Source: an uncultured Thermodesulfatator sp.
GTDB taxonomy: Bacteria; Desulfobacterota; Dissulfuribacteria; Dissulfuribacterales; QOAL01
Length of the DNA stretch: 64,000 nt
Assembly (NCBI GenBank): GCA_964581255.1
Contig: CAZOMT010000034.1
Span: 3,865-67,864, forward strand
Direction of reading: 5' to 3'
Shown here: positions 56,572 to 64,000 of the stretch, in pieces
Position numbering within the stretch: the first letter of the stretch is position 1
Layout: each line of letters opens with the position of its first letter
Translations under genes and position numbers: made by a program
Notes under the pieces: generated by a model
Seen by the model: only the letters and a program-made list of their open reading frames with translations
Told to the model about the DNA's origin: nothing
Database searches by the model: none

Positions 56572-57591
56572 TTAGAAAATTTCATCCAGAGAAAAGGGTA
56601 TAGTAAAGACTGCATCCACATAATGCCTGTCTGACAGCAGCCCTTCTTCAGCTGGCGTCAGGTTGAATTCATAGGCATATCCCAAGGTGAACCAGGGTGT
56701 TATAGGAAATCTGGCACCAATGGCCATGGTTGCGAAGTTCCTGTGCACACTGCTGTTTTCTCCACCAAGGTTTATAATATCACAACCACTGAAGGTGGTG
56801 ATGCCGGCCACTAGATCGTCTTCCTGAGGGCTTCCGAGGAATCCGGCTACTGCATGTTCAAGCCCCTTGTCTTGAATGGCCTGCCTGACGTAACCAGTGC
56901 GGTTTCCTGCCTTGATGGTGTAGAAATGGTTGATCTCAACCAGGGGATGGAAATAAGGAAGGACCTCGTAACTAAGGTGCCAGGAATCGAAAAGGGTATA
57001 ATCCTCTTCAGGCGCATCCAGCGGGATGGTCAATCCTACGGCTCCAGCCAACTCTGCCTGGCCTACCCCCTTGAGAAATAATATGGATGGTGCGATGTTG
57101 CCGTCTCCATTTCCCTGGTATACCTGGTCACTTCCGTTTGCAAATTCGTAGATAAGGCGGCCAGAAACAACCGTCTTTGTATTGGGAGAGTAATAAAATG
57201 AATATTGGATTCCTGCAGCCAGATCTACCCAGCCGTCTGTATCCTTGAGGGTATTATCCGGCCGCATATTTATATAGCCACTTTTGACAGCGAGGAAGGA
57301 TATGCGCTCATTGACGGCAACACCAGCCTGGAGGGCAAAACCGCGGACGTGGCCACCCAAAGGCAGATCCTTCATGCCCAGAGGAGCATCCACCACGGTA
57401 TCAACATGCGATGGCAGGTGTTGATACATGAAAACGGGCCTTACAAAGGTCTTATTCAATGCCCCACCCACGGTATAAACCGGGTTGCTCATGGGCATAA
57501 TGAATTGATCAAACCCATCTGCCCATGAAAGGCCACTAAACAGAAGAAACAGTGACAGCGTCAGCAATGTCATGATAGCATTACATTTCAT
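56572..57591 (-). CDS. Outer-membrane beta-barrel protein (uncharacterised), first gene of the hydrogenase operon
   Basis: Signal peptide (LLFSGLSWA/DG), alternating amphipathic strands rich in G/Y/aromatic residues, and a C-terminal ...DEIF (terminal Phe). The start is set at the ATG 9 nt after AGGAGGA. Confidence 0.6.
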   Translation of the reverse strand: MKCNAIMTLLTLSLFLLFSGLSWADGFDQFIMPMSNPVYTVGGALNKTFVRPVFMYQHLPSHVDTVVDAPLGMKDLPLGGHVRGFALQAGVAVNERISFLAVKSGYINMRPDNTLKDTDGWVDLAAGIQYSFYYSPNTKTVVSGRLIYEFANGSDQVYQGNGDGNIAPSILFLKGVGQAELAGAVGLTIPLDAPEEDYTLFDSWHLSYEVLPYFHPLVEINHFYTIKAGNRTGYVRQAIQDKGLEHAVAGFLGSPQEDDLVAGITTFSGCDIINLGGENSSVHRNFATMAIGARFPITPWFTLGYAYEFNLTPAEEGLLSDRHYVDAVFTIPFSLDEIF

Positions 57592-57836
57592 AAAAGTCAA
57601 TCCTCCTTCTCCCGGTTTCTAAAGCTTTTCACTAATCCCTGCCACTATTTCAACAAATCTTGCCCAAATACGAAAACTACAAATAACTAATTGCAATCAA
57701 AGGAAAATCTTATTTGTTTTTTTGTAATGCAATCAACGCCCAAAGGCGGTATAATTAATCATATAAATAATTACAATCGATAGCGATGCAAAATGTGTTC
57801 CAATATTATGACATTTAAAGACAAGAAAACGAGGGC

Positions 57837-58883
57837 TTGTCAGTGTCGGTAGACCTCATAGGCAAAAGCGCTGTCATACTGGAGATCAAGGACCTCATAT
57901 CCAAGGTTGCCCCTCTGGATCTCCAGGTCCTCGTAACCGGAGAAACAGGCACAGGCAAAGACCTCGTGGCCAGAATAATCCACGAAAGAAGCCCTAGAAA
58001 AAACGGCCCTTTTATCCCAATCAATTGTGGAGCCATTCCCAACACCCTTGTCGAATCTTGCCTTTTCGGCCACGAAAAAGGGGCCTTTACTGGCGCAACA
58101 GGTAGATCCAGGGGCTTTTTCGAAGAGGCCCACCAAGGCACCCTATTTCTGGATGAAATATCTGAGGGCTCGCCGGTGCTGCAGACGGCTCTCCTCAGAG
58201 TGCTCCAGGAAGAATGCTTCTTCAGGATAGGCTCAACCAGGGAACTGCAGGTCAATGTCAGGATAATCGCCGCCACAAACAAGGACCTTAAACTCGCAGT
58301 GAATGTGGGCACCTTCCGCGAAGACCTTTTCTTCAGATTGAGCGTATTTGAGATAAAACTGCCTCCGCTAAGGGACAGGGGTGACGACATCTTCCTCCTT
58401 GCATATCATTACCTGAACCGGGCAAATCAAAAATATGGAAAAAATGTCAATCGGCTTTCCAACGAGGTCGTCAGGGTATTCAAATCCTATCACTGGCCAG
58501 GCAACGTCAGGGAACTTTTTCATGTGATTGAAAGGGGTGTAGTTGTGGAAAACTCAGATGAACTCTCCATGGCGTCCATGCCGCGATACATGAAAGACAA
58601 GGGAGAATTTCAGCAAGAAAACACCAGCCAGGCCATCACAGGCGCCACTGAACAAACCAGGCCCAACAGCCTGGAAGAAGGCCTCTTTTCTCTTCCAATA
58701 AGCGAGGCAAGGAAGCGCTTTGAAAAAAGATACCTCAAAAGGCTTCTTTCAAAAACCGCTGGCAACATGTCCCTTGCTGCAGAAATTGCCGGCATAAGAA
58801 GACAGAATCTCTACAGAAAGATGCAACAGCTCAAACTCGATCCATCTTCATTCAGGACAAGAAGCAATCAGGGCAGAAAATGA
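57837..58883 (+). CDS. Sigma-54 activator lacking any N-terminal sensory domain (AAA+ and HTH only)
   Basis: Starts directly with LIGKS...VLVTGETGTGK and carries GAFTGA and a Fis-type HTH (MSLAAEIAGIRRQNLYRKM). An in-frame TAA at 57816 precludes a longer N-terminus. The start is TTG or GTG. Confidence 0.85.
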   Translation: MSVSVDLIGKSAVILEIKDLISKVAPLDLQVLVTGETGTGKDLVARIIHERSPRKNGPFIPINCGAIPNTLVESCLFGHEKGAFTGATGRSRGFFEEAHQGTLFLDEISEGSPVLQTALLRVLQEECFFRIGSTRELQVNVRIIAATNKDLKLAVNVGTFREDLFFRLSVFEIKLPPLRDRGDDIFLLAYHYLNRANQKYGKNVNRLSNEVVRVFKSYHWPGNVRELFHVIERGVVVENSDELSMASMPRYMKDKGEFQQENTSQAITGATEQTRPNSLEEGLFSLPISEARKRFEKRYLKRLLSKTAGNMSLAAEIAGIRRQNLYRKMQQLKLDPSSFRTRSNQGRK

Positions 58884-61800
58884 CTGAAAAGCACCCGGGC
58901 AAAAGATCCAAGATCCCCTCAGCGGCAGTCATAGGCGCGGGAGTCTCTGGCATAACTGCTGCCCTCGACCTGGCAGAACTTGGATTGCACGTGTACCTGA
59001 TAGAAGAAGGAGATGTCATCGGAGGGCTCATGTCCCGATTGAGCAAGACCTTTCCCACAGGAGATTGTCCAACCTGAATACTCTCGCCCATGATGGCCCA
59101 GTTGGGCATGAATAAAAACATTGAAATCCTCACGAGATCTTCTGTTCTGGACGTCCAACAGGACAATCGGGATTTCCTTTTGCGGGTCAGGTCAAATCCC
59201 CGCTTCGTCATCCCTGAAAAATGCATTGGATGCGGTCTTTGCGAGGATGTATGTCCTGAAAACATTACAAGCTTGTCACACAAATATGACAAATTAAAAA
59301 AGGCGATCTATCTTCCATCTCCTACAGCAATTCCAAGGGGCTATGTGATCGATGCCAAAAGCTGCGCCTTTTTCACGAACAGGGCATGTGGAAAATGCGC
59401 CAAGATCTGTCCAAGGCACGCCATCGACCTGAACCAGGCGCCCCAGGAGTTCGAGGTAAGAGTTGCAGCCGTAATCCTGTCTCCAGGCGCCACCTTATTT
59501 GATCCAAGGGCCTTGCCTTCCTTTGGTTATAACAATCTCAAAAATGTGGTCACAACCCTTGAAATGGAGTCCCTTTTGAGCCCTGCGACTCCAGATCTCG
59601 AAGGCCTCAAGAGGCTTGCTTCCAATAGTAGAACGCCAGCCAAGATAGCATGGATACAGTGTGTGGGCTCCAGACAGACCAACGTGGTAGATAGGCCCTT
59701 TTGTTCCAGTATTTGCTGCATGGCCTCGATCAAACAGGCATTGTCCCTACGGCAGATGCTTGTCCCAGAACCAGAGGTCTCTATCTTTTACATCGACGTT
59801 AGAGCGCATCAAAAGGGTGCGGAGCGCTATTTAAGGTTGGCCGTGAAAGCTGGAGTCAGGTTGATACCCAGCAGGATACACTTTCTTGAAGAGGTCCAGG
59901 GCGAAAAGATAAGAATAACCGCATGGACAGACTCGGGGAAACGACTTCGAGAAATTTACGATATGGTGGTGTTGTCATGCGGCCTCGGCTCTCCAGAAGA
60001 GCTTGGCAGGCTATCAACCCTGTTTGGGGTGGAAACGAGCCGTTACGGTTTCAGCAAGGGCCAAGGCCTGATCACAACCATGACCAGTAAACCTGGCATT
60101 TACGCCAGCGGCACCTATACGGATCCAAAATCCATCCAGGGGGCAGTGATAGAAGGTTCAGCCGCAGCTGCCTTTCTATGCAGCGACCTAAAGATCAGCT
60201 CCTTCAAGGACCCTGGTGCCATGGAACTAGACTTGCCAAATGGTCCTGCTCCTTCATTGGAACCTCCAAGAATAGGCGTATTCATCTGTGAATGTGGTAA
60301 AAACATAGGCCAAGTGGTAGATGTAAATAGCCTGGTTCAGAGGGCAAAAAAGATAAATGGCGTGGTGGTGGCCAAACACCTCAAATTTGCATGTGCCCCT
60401 GACTCTCTAGACCTGCTATCTGCAACCATTATACAAAAGGGCCTCAACAGGATTGTTATCGGCGCTTGCAGTCCAAAATCCCATGAGCCCCTGTTCAAAA
60501 AGGCCCTCCGGGACGCAGGCCTTAATGACAACCTCCTGGAAATCGCAAATATCAGGGAGCAGGCGGCCTGGGTGCACGCTGCTGATCCAGACGGGGCAAC
60601 CAAACGGGCCTTGGACCAAATCGTGATGTCGATAGCAAAAGCTGGGCTGTTGAAGGCATTGGAATTGCCTCAATATCCTGTCACCAAGCATGCCTTGGTC
60701 ATTGGAGGTGGAATTTCAGGGCTCACTGCTGCAAAACTTCTCTCTGATAGGGGAATCAAGGTGAGTTTGCTTGAAAAGAAAGAAATACTGGGAGGCAATG
60801 GAAGATCACTGCTGCGGTCATGGAAGGGAGTTGAAATCCGTAAGTACGTAGACGGTCTCATAGGGGAAGTAACATCCAAAAGAAATGTTGAAGTCTTTCT
60901 CAGGGCCCAGCTTTTGGATGTTCAGGGTGAGACAGGAAATCTCACAAGCTTTGTGCGATATGGCAGCCAGGGACAGGTAAAGGCCATAAATCACGGCGCT
61001 GTAATTGTCGCATCTGGAGCACAGGAGGCAAAACCGCTGCAATTTCACTATGGTGATCATCCCAGAATCCTCACCCATCAGGAGCTTGACCAAAAAATTA
61101 TAAAAAGTGGCTTCCAAATCTTCCAGCAGGCCGACTCCGTAGTGTTTATCCAGTGCGTGGGTTCATGCAGCCAGGAGCGGCCCTATTGCAGCAGGGTCTG
61201 CTGCACCCATTCAGTAAACAGGGCCATTTTGCTCAAGAAAAAAAGGCCTGAACTTTCTATTTATATTTTGTACCGGCACATGAGGACCTATGGCCAACGG
61301 GAAGATCTCTATACCGAGGCCCGAAGCTTAGGCATTAAGACAATCAGGTTCACAGAAGATACCCCTCCAGAGGTAGAGCTCTTGACTGCCATGGATGAGG
61401 ACAAAAGGCCGGAGACCATCATCAGTGTGACGATATTTGACTCCCTTACAGGCAGGGTTATAAAGATTAAGCCAGATTATCTCGTCCTTGCCTCTGCAAT
61501 AGAGCCAGATATCAATGGCAATCAACGACTCTCTAAGATACTAAAGGTGCCCTTGGATCAGGATGGTTTTTTTCAGGAGGCACACAACAAACTTCGCCCA
61601 GTGGAACTGAGGCGCGATGGTTTTTTTGTGGCAGGCCTTGCCCATTATCCCAAAGAGGTTGAAGAATCCATTAGCCAGGCAGCTGCCGCAGCAAGCAAGG
61701 CCGCTGTCTTTCTATCCAAAGAAAGGGTGACCCCAGACAGAATCACTGCAGAAGTTCTTATATCCAGATGCGATGGATGTGCCTTGTGCCTGGATGTTTG

Positions 61801-61984
61801 TGATGAAAGGGCCATCAAACTTGTAGAATATATCCACCTTGAACAGGTAAAAAAGATAGTGGAAATCGATACCTCCCTTTGCAGCGGTTGCGGAGCATGT
61901 ACTGCTTCATGCCCACAATTTGCTATAGGGATACCTGGATTCATGCCAGAGCAGATACTTGCCCAGATAAAGGTGATAGCATAA
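58880..61984 (+). CDS. hdrA: Large (1034-aa) double-module HdrA-like flavo-FeS oxidoreductase with in-frame TGA (59075-59077), a probable selenocysteine
   Basis: Track ORFs 58880..59077 and 59090..61984 share a frame. Read-through gives KTFPTGDCPT-[TGA]-ILSPMM, the known Sec/Cys position of HdrA. The protein has two GxGxxG motifs, two CVGS...CSxxCC motifs and four CxxCxxC ferredoxin motifs. Confidence 0.85.
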
Positions 61985-61987
61985 GAG

Positions 61988-62626
61988 ATGAGCAACAAGC
62001 TGCCAAAGATTCTAGCCTTTTTGTGCCGCTGGTGCGGATATAGCTGCGCGGATCTTGCCGGGGTATCCCGCGTCGAATATCCAGCCTCCATAAGGGTCAT
62101 TGAGGTAATGTGCTCTTGCATGGTGCATCCTGACTGGATAATAAATGGCCTCATGGCAGGCCTTGATGGTGTCATGATCATGGGTTGCCATCCAGGTGAA
62201 TGCCACTACGGGACAGGAAACACCCTTGCAGAAAGACGTGCAGAGATAATCTATTCCACCCTTGAAGAGCTTGGTCTGGAAAGAAAACGGTTTGCAATAA
62301 ACTGGGTGTCTGCTGCTGAAGCTCACAGATTTGCAAATATTGTCCAAAAAATGACCGACGATTTAAAAACACTTGGCCCAAACACATATAGGACAGAGTT
62401 TTTCACACAATCTCGTCTTGAAGAAAAGATGGCCCCCAGGATCCCATTCATCCATGTTTCAGACAGAGTCAGCTACTATTGGGATGGAACCGTTTATACA
62501 GACGAAGCCTCGGCCCAAAAGGCCTTATCCAGATATCTCGACATGGAAATGGAGGCCAAGCTCGTTCCAACAGAAGAGGGGCTTCTCATTTATACCAGGC
62601 GAACTATTCCAGTGGAGAAGACATGA
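61988..62626 (+). CDS. MvhD/FlpD-like hydrogenase delta-subunit-type protein with C-terminal extension
   Basis: ILAFLCRWCGYSCADLAG...MCSC...IMGCHPGECHY motifs typical of MvhD. 212 aa, with roughly the last 70 aa beyond the usual domain. Confidence 0.82.
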   Translation: MSNKLPKILAFLCRWCGYSCADLAGVSRVEYPASIRVIEVMCSCMVHPDWIINGLMAGLDGVMIMGCHPGECHYGTGNTLAERRAEIIYSTLEELGLERKRFAINWVSAAEAHRFANIVQKMTDDLKTLGPNTYRTEFFTQSRLEEKMAPRIPFIHVSDRVSYYWDGTVYTDEASAQKALSRYLDMEMEAKLVPTEEGLLIYTRRTIPVEKT

Positions 62627-63849
62627 CAGGGCCCTTATACAATACGGTCATGGATCTCGACAACGGTTCAGACAGGTTCGCCCGGCTCTTGATAGAAGAG
62701 CAGGCAGGGCTAAACCCCTATCTATGCATGGGCTGTTCATCCTGCAGTGCCGCATGTCCGGCTTCTGGCCTCTTCGACATGGATCCCCAGAAATTTATTC
62801 GCCTTTTGATCCTTGGCCAGGAACAAGAAATACTCAATTCCAGATGGCTCTGGATCTGTGCCATGTGCCGCGCTTGTGTGTCTTCATGTCCATTTTCCAT
62901 AGACATCCCTTTGATAATCAACCATGCAAGAATGCTTCAGCGCCCTGACGCCCTTCCAAGGCAACTACAGGCCCTCGTCAGCATGACGAGTATTACCGGC
63001 AATAGCCCAGGCAAATCCCCATCATGGTTTTTGTCTGTGGTCGAAGGTGTGGAAAGCGCACTCAGGACACAACCAGGCCTTGCGGGATTAACAATCCCCG
63101 TGGACCAAAAGGCAGAGATACTCCTTGTCATGAACATGAATTTATTGTTGAAAAAGCCTTCTGTTCTTGGCAGTTATGCCCGCATATTCCATAATGCCGG
63201 CCAGAGCTGGACCATCTCAAGCTTTCCCTTCGATTCTTCATGCCCAGCCTTTCTTGCAGGAGACCGGGCAGGACAAAGGCTTTGGCAACAGCGCATTGAA
63301 GCCGTATGCAATGACCTGGAAATAAAGAGCTGTATCATAGATGACTGCTCCAACCCCTTTACATCCTTTGGCCCAAAAAACACCGCTTCTTTCATCCCTA
63401 TGCCTTCTTTTGACATAAAGAATTCTTGTGAACTCATCTTTGACTACCTTGAACAAGGGCGCATCAACCTTCATTCATCTATTATGGACGCTACTGTTAC
63501 ACTCCATGATCTTTGCAATGTCCAAAACCTTCAGGAATTATACGATTTCCCCAGGACTCTCCTTGAATTTTTTGCTTCTGATTTCATAGAATTGGGATGT
63601 TCAAAAAGGGATTCCATCTGTTGTGGGGGAACCCTTCTGGCCGCTGGCCTCGAAGACAAGGCTGTGGAGTTTGGCAAATGGAAGGCGGATCAGATCAAGC
63701 AATCGGGCGCTGATACCGTGATCGTCCTCTGCGAAAGCTGTTACATGCAGATTGAAAAACTGATACACTCATATCATTTGCCATGCAAGGTAGCCTTCCT
63801 GCCAGAAGTTGTGGCAGACGCTTTGAAAACTCAAAAACAAACCAACTAA
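62623..63849 (+). CDS. HdrC/HdrB-like fusion (Fe-S and CCG-domain) protein
   Basis: CMGCSSCSAACP and CAMCRACVSSCP (2x[4Fe-4S]) followed by a CCG-type domain (DSICCGGTLL, CESC). The start is set at the ATG overlapping the mvhD-like stop (ATGA). Confidence 0.78.
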   Translation: MTGPLYNTVMDLDNGSDRFARLLIEEQAGLNPYLCMGCSSCSAACPASGLFDMDPQKFIRLLILGQEQEILNSRWLWICAMCRACVSSCPFSIDIPLIINHARMLQRPDALPRQLQALVSMTSITGNSPGKSPSWFLSVVEGVESALRTQPGLAGLTIPVDQKAEILLVMNMNLLLKKPSVLGSYARIFHNAGQSWTISSFPFDSSCPAFLAGDRAGQRLWQQRIEAVCNDLEIKSCIIDDCSNPFTSFGPKNTASFIPMPSFDIKNSCELIFDYLEQGRINLHSSIMDATVTLHDLCNVQNLQELYDFPRTLLEFFASDFIELGCSKRDSICCGGTLLAAGLEDKAVEFGKWKADQIKQSGADTVIVLCESCYMQIEKLIHSYHLPCKVAFLPEVVADALKTQKQTN

Positions 63850-64000
63850 GTTCCCCCAAAAACAACCCATTCGCCTCGGGCTGATGGCAGTTACGTAATA
63901 CGGCTCCCTTGTAAATATACCAACAGGGATTGTAATAGACGACAAAACAGCTATATTGAGGTAAGATCGTCTGGCTATAAATCAATCGTTCTCTACCCTA

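Noticed and set aside
57727-57743. A sigma-54 promoter for the hydrogenase operon (minus strand TTGGGCGTTGATTGCAT).
   Set aside because: The GG-to-GC spacing is one nucleotide short of the strict -24/-12 spacing, and the -24 element is poor.
58880-59092. A 65-aa ORF followed by a separate 964-aa HdrA gene starting at 59090.
   Set aside because: The frame is the same, and the 65-aa piece is just the FAD-binding N-terminus of HdrA. The stop is a TGA at the known Sec/Cys position (DC-x-x-U-IL-x-P).

Overview
This 64-kb segment is dense chromosomal DNA with about 55 protein genes. I could not recognise any rRNA, tRNA, CRISPR array, transposase, integrase or prophage gene. The gene content suggests an anaerobic, sulfate-reducer-like Desulfobacterota (deltaproteobacterial) genome; this is inference only. 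The supporting features are an HdrA/MvhD/HdrCB-type module, membrane multihaem cytochromes, three sigma-54 activators, UGA-selenocysteine usage, and PEP-CTERM/exosortase genes.

Gene order:
- A 3' gene fragment, a YkgJ-type Cys-cluster protein and a CGGC-domain protein.
- ribD-ribE-ribBA-ribH-nusB, then leuS-lptE.
- A PF03773/ArsP-type permease interrupted by one in-frame TGA.
- An Rrf2 regulator with an atypical IscU-like protein.
- A histidine kinase and sigma-54 response regulator, followed by a near-consensus -24/-12 promoter, a 75-aa membrane protein, an FtsH paralogue and two tandem NapC/NirT-like membrane cytochromes.
- phoU-pstBACS (minus strand) with a phased Pho-box array, then phoB-phoR.
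- A tandem USP, a PEP-CTERM protein with a Gly/Ser linker, and PolX.
- A Tat-exported molybdopterin oxidoreductase (A and B subunits plus TorD-like chaperone).
- Split PqiA/LetA, a 7-MCE LetB-like protein and an LssY-like lipoprotein.
- A short exosortase with a partner membrane protein.
- A sulP-hypF-hypCDE-protease-hypAB operon.
- An outer-membrane beta-barrel gene with a group-1 [NiFe] hydrogenase (small subunit, large subunit, cytochrome b).
- A sigma-54 activator with no sensory domain, a 1034-aa selenocysteine HdrA-like protein, MvhD, and an HdrC/B-like protein.

Items most worth follow-up:
1. The TGA sits exactly at the C-x-C motif of the permease, making it a candidate selenoprotein transporter.
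2. The kinase / sigma-54 activator / small protein / FtsH / cytochrome cassette.
3. A dispersed intergenic element of about 150 nt, present in two clear copies and one minimal copy, with a hairpin supported by compensatory changes.
4. A SulP transporter with an insertion of about 165 aa, translationally coupled to hypF.

All calls rest on reading the ORF translations and the DNA by eye. No database searches or folding calculations were run.
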